DNA of 32,313 nucleotides. Source: Candidatus Omnitrophota bacterium (GTDB lineage Bacteria; Omnitrophota; Gorgyraeia; 2-01-FULL-45-10). Shown in pieces: positions 1 to 8,913 of this stretch (position 1 is the first letter of the stretch; the number at the start of each line of letters is the position of its first letter). Both the position numbers and the translations under genes were made by a program. The notes under the pieces were generated by a model that did no database searches, was not told the origin of the DNA, and saw only the letters and a list, made by a program, of their open reading frames with translations. The DNA lies in the NCBI GenBank assembly GCA_023247385.1, contig JAHFGO010000002.1:5220-37532 (forward strand), in the 5' to 3' direction.

Positions 1-19
1 GTGTGAATTGCATAAATTT

Positions 20-1084
20 TCAAATATAATTCTTGTGGAACAAGGTATTTATTTTATTAAACAATAAACCCCATGGCCAGTAAAATATGGTGGCGAAAAG
101 TATAATTACTAAAAAGGCGTATTCCCCCGCTAAAACCGCTGTAGCGAACATAATCGCGTATATGGATAGAATCAATAACGAGACTGGTAATACTGACTTA
201 AAATAGTGGGTGTCATAACATTTATCATGCTTGATGGGTAGAACATGTTTATGCTTATCGCTTTTGTTTAATCCCAGCACATTTTCCACCGTAGAAAATT
301 CTAAGCGCTCTAATAAAAGATTGATTTTTTTCTCTGCAGATCTAATATTACAGTAATGCATGAACTTGCGGTTAATAGGCAGCTCTATCTTTTCGTGTTC
401 AGAATCAAATTCCCAGGGATGTAGATAAAATATTACAGGATGCCCTAGGCGATTAATCTTTCTGGTAATGCTAAGAATATAAAAATATGGGTTAATGCGC
501 ATAGGTAGCCCCCCGGAAAAAGGAAGTCTTTCCCAAAAGCAGCGAAACGTGCTTAGGGGGAACTCGATAATGCCGCCATATTTTGTTTTTGTCTCGTGCG
601 GATATAAACCAAAATACCTTCCGCCTAAGTGGGTCAGGGGAACAGCGCTTGCATCATATGCAAACCCGTGTTTTTTTAATATTTCCAGCGCCCAAAGGTT
701 GCTTTTCTTCAGAGACCACTCCGGCGCTCTATATCCTAATATTTTCATGCCTGCCGCTTTTTCGATGGCGGCCTTCGAACGAACTAAGTCTCTTTCAAAT
801 TCCTCAGGACCCATATCAAATATCCTGCGATGGGCAAAGCCATGCGAGGCCAACTCATGCCCGGCATCGGCTATTTTTTTAATAAGCCTCGGTGCATTTT
901 CCGCGATTATTCCTACAGTAAAAAAGGTGGCATGAACGTTATGTTGTTCAAAAAGACGCAGGAGCTTTTCTACGTTATTCTCCAGGCGAACGCTATATCT
1001 TCGCCATTTACTTTGCACAGAAGCATCATCAATGCCACAAATATGATACCAGTCTTCTAAATCTACAGAGATTGCGTTAAACAC
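20..1084 (-). CDS. Polysaccharide deacetylase family protein (NodB/DUF3473-like) with C-terminal membrane anchor
   Basis: 354-aa ORF. 'ISVDLEDWYH' and 'GHELASHGFAHR' fit the Asp-containing and His-x3-His metal-binding motifs of NodB-type deacetylases. The last ~60 aa are hydrophobic (about 2 TM helices). Last visible gene of the minus-strand array. Confidence 0.8.
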   Translation of the reverse strand: MFNAISVDLEDWYHICGIDDASVQSKWRRYSVRLENNVEKLLRLFEQHNVHATFFTVGIIAENAPRLIKKIADAGHELASHGFAHRRIFDMGPEEFERDLVRSKAAIEKAAGMKILGYRAPEWSLKKSNLWALEILKKHGFAYDASAVPLTHLGGRYFGLYPHETKTKYGGIIEFPLSTFRCFWERLPFSGGLPMRINPYFYILSITRKINRLGHPVIFYLHPWEFDSEHEKIELPINRKFMHYCNIRSAEKKINLLLERLEFSTVENVLGLNKSDKHKHVLPIKHDKCYDTHYFKSVLPVSLLILSIYAIMFATAVLAGEYAFLVIILFATIFYWPWGLLFNKINTLFHKNYI

Positions 1085-1097
1085 GTATTATCTCATC

Positions 1098-1757
1098 CTA
1101 TTTGTTGCTTTTCCTTATAGCAGGGAAAAGAAAGCGCAAAAGATACAAACATACTCCAAGCGAGACTACGAAACCTATCTTCCAGGAAACAGACCAATTG
1201 AATGCAAGATTCCCAAGTGAAGCATAAAAAACACATGCTGGGAGGCACCCTAACAGCGTGCCGTAAAAGTAGTGCGTGAATTTAATAGGAGTAAAAGCCA
1301 AGCCGCAATTTTGTAAATCGAACGCTACGTTGGGGATAAGCCTCACTAAAAATACTGTAAGAAACCCATGTCTTACCACAACATGGCTCACCATCCGTGT
1401 CTTCTCTTTCAAGAATTTCTTTGCCTTTTCTCCTACAAAGTAACGAACGAGCAAAAATTCACAAACACTTGAACACATTGTCCCTATCAACACGTATACC
1501 GCACCCCACGTACTGCCAAATAATATTCCTCCCAGTATTGCAAAAGGTACTGCTGGAAAAAGCACTAAAGGTCGTAGGACATATCCAAGAAGATACGCCA
1601 ATGGCGCCCACACTCCTATCTTATCTACCCAGTGTTTTATTATTTCTGCTTTCTCGCTGAGATTTAAGAATATGAATCCATGCCAATGTACTAGCATAAG
1701 AACAACACCGCACGTAGCAATACCTATCCCAACCCACATCCACCATCGCATGCGCAT
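1098..1757 (-). CDS. TVP38/TMEM64-type (DedA superfamily) integral membrane protein
   Basis: ORF 1098..1826 trimmed to the ATG at 1757 (MRMRWW...), 2 nt after the upstream TGA (1760-1762). Multi-pass hydrophobic protein with 'VLRPLVLFPAVPFAILGGILFG', typical of SNARE-associated/TVP38 proteins. Confidence 0.7.
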   Translation of the reverse strand: MRMRWWMWVGIGIATCGVVLMLVHWHGFIFLNLSEKAEIIKHWVDKIGVWAPLAYLLGYVLRPLVLFPAVPFAILGGILFGSTWGAVYVLIGTMCSSVCEFLLVRYFVGEKAKKFLKEKTRMVSHVVVRHGFLTVFLVRLIPNVAFDLQNCGLAFTPIKFTHYFYGTLLGCLPACVFYASLGNLAFNWSVSWKIGFVVSLGVCLYLLRFLFPAIRKSNK

Positions 1758-1759
1758 AA

Positions 1760-2845
1760 TCAGTCCTTGTCCACAGAATAACGCGAAAATAGTGCGCAGG
1801 CATTTGCGCCAGCTAAAGCTGTACACATCACAAACATACGATCGACCTGTCTTTTGAGATTGCTAAATACTTCAAAAGAGGAAAGGTTCTCTGAAGAATA
1901 TACCCCGAGTACGCCTAAAATAAGCTGAAACGCTTCGGCTGCGCTAAATCCATATCCAAAACTGTTGCTGCAGTCAAGTACGACACGCTGCGGATGTTTA
2001 AAGGCCTGCAAACACATGTCCCCTCTCTGAAGGCTGTCTTCTTCATCATAGGATGAGCTCAGTAAACAATCGTGTTCTTTTAGCCCATCGCCTATCTGGC
2101 ATAGCAATTCATGTAAAGGAGAAAGATCATAGCGCTTTGCGATATCATATGAGGCAGTGATAGTGTTAACTCCTTTCAGTTGAGCATAAACCCTTACTTT
2201 TCTTTGTATCGCGCACTCCAACGACTCTATTACTAAAAATCCACTTCCTCCAAAACTCCTGGCGATTAGCGCTGAATTACGCAAACACGCACCATAAGCT
2301 TTTACCAAAAAGTCATGATTAACATCCGCTCCTCCAACTAAGCAAACATCAACAATCCCCTCTTCAATAAGTTCTGCACCGAGTCGAAGTGCCTGCATAA
2401 CCGCGCAATATCCAGATAGTGTCGTTGTATAACCACGGATACCCAGTACAGCAGAAATATGGCTCACGGCTGCATTTGGCACCGAGTCGCTGAAAAGGAG
2501 CGGGCTAGAGAGTTTGGGATCACCTAGAACCAAAGAAGCGTGATACTCAATACTATAATGCAGCGGCCCGTGCACAGTCCCAAACACAATGCCAACTTTT
2601 CTGCTGTCTTCGCTGGACAGTGCAGACAACCCAGCGTCTTCTAACGCAAATTTAGCGGCAACCAACGCACAACGTGAAACATGGTCTGCGCGCCGAACCA
2701 ACGAGGTATCGATATGGGCATCGAAATCAATTTTCTCGAGAGGGGTCTGGGGAATAGGCTCTGAAAGGAAACGAGTAAAATTCTCCTTTCCCGCTACCCA
2801 ATCATTTAAGAATCCAACACCAGTTACTACAGTACGTTTTTCCAT
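1760..2845 (-). CDS. Ketosynthase-like partner subunit (CLF/KS-beta-like, probably non-condensing)
   Basis: 361 aa with thiolase/KS-fold N-terminus 'VVTGVGFLN'. A Cys is retained near the active-site position ('LSGYCAVMQAL'). Neither catalytic His context is present (no HGTGT; 'FGYGFSAAEA' instead of GH..GA.G). It is shorter than a true KS and lies 15 nt downstream of a complete KS gene. Confidence 0.7.
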   Translation of the reverse strand: MEKRTVVTGVGFLNDWVAGKENFTRFLSEPIPQTPLEKIDFDAHIDTSLVRRADHVSRCALVAAKFALEDAGLSALSSEDSRKVGIVFGTVHGPLHYSIEYHASLVLGDPKLSSPLLFSDSVPNAAVSHISAVLGIRGYTTTLSGYCAVMQALRLGAELIEEGIVDVCLVGGADVNHDFLVKAYGACLRNSALIARSFGGSGFLVIESLECAIQRKVRVYAQLKGVNTITASYDIAKRYDLSPLHELLCQIGDGLKEHDCLLSSSYDEEDSLQRGDMCLQAFKHPQRVVLDCSNSFGYGFSAAEAFQLILGVLGVYSSENLSSFEVFSNLKRQVDRMFVMCTALAGANACALFSRYSVDKD

Positions 2846-2860
2846 AACCTTATATTCTAA

Positions 2861-4075
2861 TCACTCAAATTTTCTAAAAAGCATGGCTGAATTTGACCCT
2901 CCAAAACCAAAAGAATTGGAAAGGACAACCTTTATGTCTTGCTTTTTACTACCTCCGGTGACTATATTAAGATCACATTCCGGATCCGGAGTTTCAAGAT
3001 TTAAATTTTCTGGAATTATATTTTTCTGCAGCGAAATTACAGAAAAAATTGACTCCGTAGCCCCGGCGGCTCCTAAAAGATGACCGGTAAATGGTTTAGT
3101 GGAACTCACGGGGACTTTTCGCGCATATGCTCCGAGCGCCAGATAAAGCGCTTTTGCCTCCATAATATCGTTCGATGGAGTACCTGTCCCATGAGCATTT
3201 ACATAATCTATTGCTTCAGGCATAATAAGCGCCTCCTCTGTGGCTGCGCATATTGCGCGGGCAGCCCCTTGCGCTTTCGGGTCTGGTTTCGTGATATGAT
3301 AGGCATCTGAGGTTTGGCCATAACCAATAATCTCGGCATAAACTACAGCCCGTCTTTTTATGGCGTGCTCCAGTTCTTCAATCACTACTATTCCTGCTCC
3401 TTCACCAAGTATTAGCCCGCTTCTGTTTTTATCAAAAGGACGACATTTATCCGATGTTACTAACTGCAAGGCATTAAATCCTGCATGAGTAAAATCTGAC
3501 ATTTCATCATAACCGCCTGCAATAGCAAAGGCGGTTTTGCCGAGACGCACGTGTTCATATGCGCATCCTATTGCGCTTAACCCTGAGGCACATGCGTTAT
3601 TAAGCACTATGACCTCTCCAACAATTCCCAGTATTGACGCTATATGAAAAGGTTGACGACAAAGAGCATCTCCCAGAAGCGGGGCATACTTGCGCGTGTC
3701 TTCTTGTAAAAGTATTGCGCGATGATAACGCTGCCCTGCCAGCATCCCCCCAAGAGTAGTCCCCACAATCAACGGTGCTTTTATATACTGTTTTTCAGAA
3801 GTTGCAAGTTTTGCGCTTTCTAACGCCTCAGTGCATGCGCGCAAGAGTAGTTTGGAAGAGCGGCCGAGCGGAAATCGCGGATTTTCATCAAGGCCACATT
3901 CAAGTATCTTTGGATCAACTTCACCGCCTTGGCTCGTTCTATGTTTTGAGGCATCAAATGAAGTAATCGTATCTATTGCTGACCTGCTTTCTTTCAGGGC
4001 CAAAGCTGTCGCATCAACACCGGCGCCTAGAGAAGTCACGATCCCCATGCCTGTAATTACTACTCGTTTTTTCAT
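2861..4075 (-). CDS. Beta-ketoacyl-ACP synthase (KAS II / FabF-like), catalytically complete
   Basis: 404 aa. Contains 'NNACASGLSAIG' (active-site Cys), 'NAHGTGTPSND' (His), 'TGHLLGAAGA' (His) and C-terminal 'NSFGFGGSNSAMLF'. Confidence 0.9.
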   Translation of the reverse strand: MKKRVVITGMGIVTSLGAGVDATALALKESRSAIDTITSFDASKHRTSQGGEVDPKILECGLDENPRFPLGRSSKLLLRACTEALESAKLATSEKQYIKAPLIVGTTLGGMLAGQRYHRAILLQEDTRKYAPLLGDALCRQPFHIASILGIVGEVIVLNNACASGLSAIGCAYEHVRLGKTAFAIAGGYDEMSDFTHAGFNALQLVTSDKCRPFDKNRSGLILGEGAGIVVIEELEHAIKRRAVVYAEIIGYGQTSDAYHITKPDPKAQGAARAICAATEEALIMPEAIDYVNAHGTGTPSNDIMEAKALYLALGAYARKVPVSSTKPFTGHLLGAAGATESIFSVISLQKNIIPENLNLETPDPECDLNIVTGGSKKQDIKVVLSNSFGFGGSNSAMLFRKFE

Positions 4076-4083
4076 GTCGGTAT

Positions 4084-4986
4084 TTATTTATTCCATATTG
4101 CGGAGAAATTGAACCATTGGCTTGGATATAAGCGTATGTACTGCTCAAAAATGTGCGCTATCTTAGCTGTATTGACGCGGATATCCTCATCCCTATCTTC
4201 ACCCCACTCCATAGATATGGGAGAACCTAAAACTGTTCTGTATTTTTTATCCGGCTCTAAGACTGTAAAGGCCGGAAGCAATGAAGCACCGGTAGTCCTT
4301 GCCAACAACACAGGTCCTTGCGGAAAATATGTTTTTTCCCCAAAAAAATCAACAAGCACACCATTCTCCTTCTCGTATCGGTCAACAAGCATTGCGACAA
4401 GCTCGTTCCGCTTGAGCGCATTGACAATATCAATAAAAAAGAAGGGGTCATCTTCGATAGTGATCGTTTTCATATTATGCAGAGCCCTTACCTTTGTACG
4501 CGCTTGCGCAATCGCCTCAACCCCGTCTTTTGCAGTAATAATGTTGAAGGGGATTCCTGAGTTCGTAAAAACAAGCCCTCCCAGTTCCCAATTTCCCAGA
4601 TGGGCAGCCAAAATAATGATGCCCTTGCCCCTTGCATGCGTTTTTTTAAAAATGTCTTCTCCTTCGATCTTGCCAAAAAACAAGACTGCCTTAGATGTAC
4701 CTAAAGAGCTAAGCTTAGCCCAATCCGCTAAATATGTTCCGTAATTGATAAAAAGCTCTTTCGAGGTCTTATGTAATTGCGCTGGGTTATCGCCGATAAC
4801 GCGTAAAAGATTGCTCTCAACCTGGCCTCTTGCATTTTTATCAATAAAATACCAGATTCCCGCACTAATTCTGGCAGCTAACCGCATAATACAAAGAGGC
4901 AACAGCTTCGCTATTACAAGTGATATCCTGTAACTCCAAGCGTAATTAAATATATTCTTCTTTGGCGAACGTTTTGTTTGCATCAT
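4084..4986 (-). CDS. LpxL/HtrB-family (lysophospholipid/lipid A-type) acyltransferase
   Basis: 300 aa with an N-terminal TM segment. 'AAHLGNWELGG' matches the H-x4-(D/E) acyltransferase motif in the form seen in LpxL/LpxM-type enzymes. ATGA start/stop overlap with the upstream ATP-grasp gene (4983-4986). Confidence 0.75.
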   Translation of the reverse strand: MMQTKRSPKKNIFNYAWSYRISLVIAKLLPLCIMRLAARISAGIWYFIDKNARGQVESNLLRVIGDNPAQLHKTSKELFINYGTYLADWAKLSSLGTSKAVLFFGKIEGEDIFKKTHARGKGIIILAAHLGNWELGGLVFTNSGIPFNIITAKDGVEAIAQARTKVRALHNMKTITIEDDPFFFIDIVNALKRNELVAMLVDRYEKENGVLVDFFGEKTYFPQGPVLLARTTGASLLPAFTVLEPDKKYRTVLGSPISMEWGEDRDEDIRVNTAKIAHIFEQYIRLYPSQWFNFSAIWNK

Positions 4987-6152
4987 GAGCGGTATTTTTT
5001 CATTTCATCGCTAGTGAGGTAGTCAAGCAAAGCCAGCGATAACCCTAAAAAAGGCAATGGGTCGGATAGCGACCATACGGCATGACAATTGTTTTTTTCA
5101 AATAATTTAAAGACATCAAGATCAAATTTCCTTTGGGCGGTTAAATTTGCGAGAAAATTCATAAAATCACCCTGCATAAACCAGCGAAACTTCACACCTG
5201 CCTGATATTCAAAATGAGGCGCGATATCACCATGTACGGCAAGTTGATACAGTAGATAAGGAATGTTAATTCCGGAAGAAATCGCTAGCTGTAATGACCC
5301 CCATAATCGCGGGTTCACTTCCATTAACTTTGGGGAGCCATTTCTTTGATCGATCTTAAACTCAATATTTGCGCTCCCGTACCATCCGATAGAGGTAAGC
5401 AACGTTTCTGCTATTTCTATGAGTCGAGGAAATTTTACCGACACCGCATAAGTACTCGCCCCGCCTGTGACAGGGTACTGACGCAGTTTTTTGTGCACAA
5501 AGGCGCTCCGCATCTGATTGCGCGCATTAAAAAGGACTGATACGCCATAATAGTCATTACCAGGAATATATTCCTGCATTAGAAACGTTCCGTATTTCTT
5601 ACGCATGCTATCGCAGTGCGCATCAGACGTATCTTTGGTAAGCACATAGCGAATTCCATGGCCGCCAGTGCCAATAACAGGCTTCAACACCAAAGGAATT
5701 GACAACTCCTGCATACCCCTTTGGGCATCGTCAAGCGTATTAATCATCAATGTCTTTGGACAGGGTATTCCAAGTTTCTGGGCATGAGTGAGAAGGCTAA
5801 ATTTATTGCGCGTAAAAGCGAGTGTTTCGTATTGAGTGAGCGGTATACGAATATATGATGAAAACTCTGAAGTGTGCTGCGCTACCAATAAGCTCGTTTC
5901 TTCTTCCGGAGTAATAAGAACATCGTATTTATTGGATTTAACGGTAAGTTTAAGCCAAATCAGGAAACCATCCGAATTTTTCTCGGGAGAGGGATAAATA
6001 TATCTATGGCTAACATATCGAGAGAGCAGGGCCGGAGCCATCCAAGTGCGTTCCCCCACGGCAACTTTAACTCCAGAATGAGATAATGCCCTTACGGCTG
6101 CGAGAGATTTGCGCCAAATACCATCGGTGACAAGCACGCTTTTATTACGCAT
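4983..6152 (-). CDS. ATP-grasp domain protein (carboxylate-amine/thiol ligase type)
   Basis: 389 aa. Rossmann-like pre-ATP-grasp N-terminus ('VLVTDG...AAVRALSHSGVKV') is followed by 'PLVLKPVIGTGGHGI', 'LMQEYIPG' and 'NIEFKID...PKLMEVNPRLWGS', which resemble the nucleotide- and Mg-binding segments of ATP-grasp enzymes. 8-nt overlap with the upstream gene. Confidence 0.7.
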   Translation of the reverse strand: MRNKSVLVTDGIWRKSLAAVRALSHSGVKVAVGERTWMAPALLSRYVSHRYIYPSPEKNSDGFLIWLKLTVKSNKYDVLITPEEETSLLVAQHTSEFSSYIRIPLTQYETLAFTRNKFSLLTHAQKLGIPCPKTLMINTLDDAQRGMQELSIPLVLKPVIGTGGHGIRYVLTKDTSDAHCDSMRKKYGTFLMQEYIPGNDYYGVSVLFNARNQMRSAFVHKKLRQYPVTGGASTYAVSVKFPRLIEIAETLLTSIGWYGSANIEFKIDQRNGSPKLMEVNPRLWGSLQLAISSGINIPYLLYQLAVHGDIAPHFEYQAGVKFRWFMQGDFMNFLANLTAQRKFDLDVFKLFEKNNCHAVWSLSDPLPFLGLSLALLDYLTSDEMKKYRS

Positions 6153-6987
6153 CCCTGTATCTCATTTTTCTCGCTATAGTAGTTTTACTTACACCGGGAA
6201 CCAATAACCGCTTGCCGCTTATAGCGTATAAGGCATCCGCCAGTAATCCTGAACTATAAGAGACAATCCGTTTGCTAAGTACGTGGGGCCTTGTCGCGCC
6301 TCCAGGAAAGGTCTGGATTTCGTTAAATCCAGTTTTTTCTAAGGCCAGGGCGATGGTACGAGGAGAAAAATCGCTTACATGGGAAGGAGTGTCATACAGT
6401 CTATTGGGAATTCCGAGTATTTTTAGAACTTTTACAAGTGGAGTCGTGTGGGGTGCTCTTATCAACAACAAGCCGCCCGGTTTTAGGGTGCGATTAATTT
6501 CGTTAAGGTACCGCAGCGGCTCCGGTAAATGCTCAAGCACATAAAAAAGCGTAATAACATCAAACATCTCATCTTTATATGCTCGAGCAAAGAGATTTCT
6601 TGAGTCAACTTCAAGCGATTTTGATACTGCATAGGCTCGCGCATGCGCGCACGGCTCCACTCCATAGACCCGCCATCCCCTTTGACGCGCCAGCTCCATA
6701 AAAAATCCGTAGCCGCAGCCAATATCCAGCAATGTGCCTCTATTAAGACCATACCTCGCTTCAATGGCATCTAAAGATCTTCGAAAAACATCCGACATCA
6801 TCGTACGCCATTGCTCGATACGATTTTTGTCTGCGGGAAGATACTTCTGATAGTGAAGATAGAGAAACTTCTCATCAGGAAGCGGGGTGACGTATACAAA
6901 TGAGCAGGTCTTGCATTGTACTACGTCCCACGCATCCTCTTTTTTGATGAAACAAACATCTTCCCCGCCACAGATATGACAACGCAA
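6145..6987 (-). CDS. Class I SAM-dependent methyltransferase with N-terminal 4-Cys zinc ribbon
   Basis: 280 aa. 'CHICGG...CKTCSF' zinc ribbon, SAM motif I 'LLDIGCGYGFF', then 'VYGVEP' and 'FDVITLFYVLEHL'. Confidence 0.85.
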   Translation of the reverse strand: MRCHICGGEDVCFIKKEDAWDVVQCKTCSFVYVTPLPDEKFLYLHYQKYLPADKNRIEQWRTMMSDVFRRSLDAIEARYGLNRGTLLDIGCGYGFFMELARQRGWRVYGVEPCAHARAYAVSKSLEVDSRNLFARAYKDEMFDVITLFYVLEHLPEPLRYLNEINRTLKPGGLLLIRAPHTTPLVKVLKILGIPNRLYDTPSHVSDFSPRTIALALEKTGFNEIQTFPGGATRPHVLSKRIVSYSSGLLADALYAISGKRLLVPGVSKTTIARKMRYRDA

Positions 6988-7025
6988 TGGTTATTACTCG
7001 ATTTCATAAACACGCTAAACTATTG

Positions 7026-7595
7026 TTACTTTTCAAATCCACCTGTTTTGACAACAATTCCATTCGCGAAGGTTACCATCACATCATGCCCGCGCGAATT
7101 GTTCATGTAATACCATTTATCGCTTTGCATAATTTCGGCAAAGGATTTTCTTTCAGACGTCTTCCCCCACGCGATATAGGCAGGGCACCCTTTCGATACA
7201 TATACTTCTTCTTTGGTCATACCAGCTACTACCCCGCCATTCTCAACTTGTTCTTTTTTATCGGGAGAAAGCTTCTCTAACCCAATCTCCTTTTTGTCCT
7301 TTACGAAAAACTTATCCCACTTATTAGAATCAGCCGCTATCCTATATGTTTTTTTGGTATCGATTCTGATGAACCCAATGCTTCCACCCGTGCTTTTCTC
7401 AATCTTCACTTCGGTACCTACCGGAATTAAATTTTTGAAAATCCTCATGTTGTGCCAGAATACTGTATTTCCGTCCGCGCGTAAATTGGAGCGGGCATAA
7501 GCCGTCTCCCCTTTTTCCAGTATAGCCGCATATGTGCTGCCTATAAAACTTAAACAGCAAATAACCACTAAAAACATCAACGCCAGCTTCTTCAT
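7026..7595 (-). CDS. Secreted protein of unknown function, BamE/SmpA-OmlA-like C-terminal half (paralog of 8343..8909)
   Basis: 189 aa. Signal peptide MKKLALMFLVVICCLSFIGSTYA|A. 'GMTKEEVYVSKGCPA' resembles the BamE/OmlA motif. Collinear similarity to the 8343..8909 product (YAR.NL...W.N, VGT.VK, KF.VK, GMTKEEVY, IM.S..W.Y). 4-nt overlap with the upstream fabZ gene. Confidence 0.6.
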   Translation of the reverse strand: MKKLALMFLVVICCLSFIGSTYAAILEKGETAYARSNLRADGNTVFWHNMRIFKNLIPVGTEVKIEKSTGGSIGFIRIDTKKTYRIAADSNKWDKFFVKDKKEIGLEKLSPDKKEQVENGGVVAGMTKEEVYVSKGCPAYIAWGKTSERKSFAEIMQSDKWYYMNNSRGHDVMVTFANGIVVKTGGFEK

Positions 7596-8053
7596 ACAGC
7601 TCCCCCTTTCTGTTTTGTTAATACCAATTCTCCTTCTGCTACAATCCTACCATTTACTTTACAAACTACCTCTGTTTTAAAAAAGGGTTCGAAATATTGT
7701 GCGACCCTTGCTTTGATGGTCAGGGTGTCTCCCGGCAATACGGCATATTTAAATTTAACGTCAGAAATGCGAGAGAGAAAATACCCCCCAGGGTGCTTCA
7801 AAGAGATATTCTTTTGTTCGTTCAAGTGTAAGGCGCACGCAATCCCGCTTGTCTGAGCCATGCTCTCAACAATCAAGACTCCCGGCATAAGCGGCTCATC
7901 AGGAAAATGCCCTTTGAAATACTCCTCATCTTTTTTTATATATTTTGAGGCTACGATACACCCAGGCTCAACCGATACTACTTTATCGATAAAAATAAAC
8001 GGCTCACGATGAGGGAGCAACTCTCGGATATCTTTATTGAGGAGACTTTCCAC
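7592..8053 (-). CDS. fabZ: 3-hydroxyacyl-ACP dehydratase (FabZ family)
   Basis: 153 aa. 'LPHREPFIFIDKV' and 'FKGHFPDEPLMPGVLIVESMAQ' are the canonical FabZ hot-dog active-site motifs (His...Glu). Confidence 0.9.
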   Translation of the reverse strand: MESLLNKDIRELLPHREPFIFIDKVVSVEPGCIVASKYIKKDEEYFKGHFPDEPLMPGVLIVESMAQTSGIACALHLNEQKNISLKHPGGYFLSRISDVKFKYAVLPGDTLTIKARVAQYFEPFFKTEVVCKVNGRIVAEGELVLTKQKGGAV

Positions 8054-8318
8054 TATTATTATCCTCTATAAATTTAACTATGGTTTCAACCGAAACTAAA
8101 ACTTTTCTGCCCACATCGGCATCAGGGATCCTTGCTCCGAATTCCTTTTCGAGCGCAACCACCAATTCAAGGGCATCTAAAGAATCAAGCCCTACCCCTC
8201 CGGCCCCAAATAAAGGCTGCGTATTTTTAATGCTTTCTGGAGGAATCTTCAGCCTTACTACCTTGACAATCATTTTTTTCACACGATCATAGAAATCGAT
8301 TTCGTTCCCTTGTTCCAT
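8034..8318 (-). CDS. Acyl carrier protein
   Basis: 94 aa. Phosphopantetheine attachment motif 'GLDSLDALELVVALEKEFG'. AGGAGG Shine-Dalgarno about 10 nt upstream (rc of 8325-8335). Confidence 0.9.
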   Translation of the reverse strand: MEQGNEIDFYDRVKKMIVKVVRLKIPPESIKNTQPLFGAGGVGLDSLDALELVVALEKEFGARIPDADVGRKVLVSVETIVKFIEDNNSGKSPQ

Positions 8319-8342
8319 TTTAACAAAGCCCTCCTTTAATCT

Positions 8343-8909
8343 TTATCTCCAAATACCTTCTGTTCTAGTAACCTGCTTTGTGGAGGGGTTGAATTCAACG
8401 CCAATATTTTTTCCAAAACGGCTTCTCTTATATACCCATAGATTGGAGGCCATAATATTATCATAAGTCTTATTGTCGGTATTCCCATCGATCACCCAAG
8501 CTGGAGGCCCCATCGCTATATATACCTCTTCCTTTGTCATTCCGACTCTCGCCACTGCGTTGTTAATATTGTCCTGGATATCTTTGGAAAATCTATTAAT
8601 ATTAACAGGGCCCTTAACAACAAATTTCTCCATAAATTTTTCGGCATTTGCTCCGACATCTAAGGTATATGTCGCTCCAGTATCAACATCTGTAAGACTG
8701 GCTGATTTACCCTTAGGCTTAACTTTGAATTTTGTACCAACTATCAAATATTCCGGAGAGGCCTGCCAATTAACCCAAGTTATATGATTAGCTTTAATAA
8801 CTTTAAGATTGCATCTGGCGTAATAAATATTATCCTCTTCTGCCCTGGCATCGCTGAGCAATACCCCTAATATCAACCCCCCGGCCAACAAACAAGACAC
8901 ATTTTTCAT
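8343..8909 (-). CDS. Secreted protein of unknown function, BamE/SmpA-OmlA-like C-terminal half (paralog of 7026..7595)
   Basis: ORF 8343..8939 trimmed to the ATG at 8909 (MKNVSCLLAGG...). This start follows a GGGGGA RBS and lies after the upstream stop (8914-8916). Signal peptide ...SDARA|EE, then 'GMTKEEVYIAMGPPA'. Confidence 0.6.
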   Translation of the reverse strand: MKNVSCLLAGGLILGVLLSDARAEEDNIYYARCNLKVIKANHITWVNWQASPEYLIVGTKFKVKPKGKSASLTDVDTGATYTLDVGANAEKFMEKFVVKGPVNINRFSKDIQDNINNAVARVGMTKEEVYIAMGPPAWVIDGNTDNKTYDNIMASNLWVYKRSRFGKNIGVEFNPSTKQVTRTEGIWR

Positions 8910-8913
8910 AGCA

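Noticed and set aside
495-935. Plus-strand ORFs of 60-211 aa antisense to the long minus-strand genes (e.g. 495-935, 2589-3083, 4109-4744, 11647-12302, 13284-13919, 17860-18396, 20606-21046, 21712-22086, 23408-23737)
   Set aside because: Each lies entirely inside a minus-strand CDS with strong family motifs. Their translations are low-complexity or Ser/Pro/Arg-rich with no recognisable motif, RBS or independent intergenic space. They are typical shadow ORFs.
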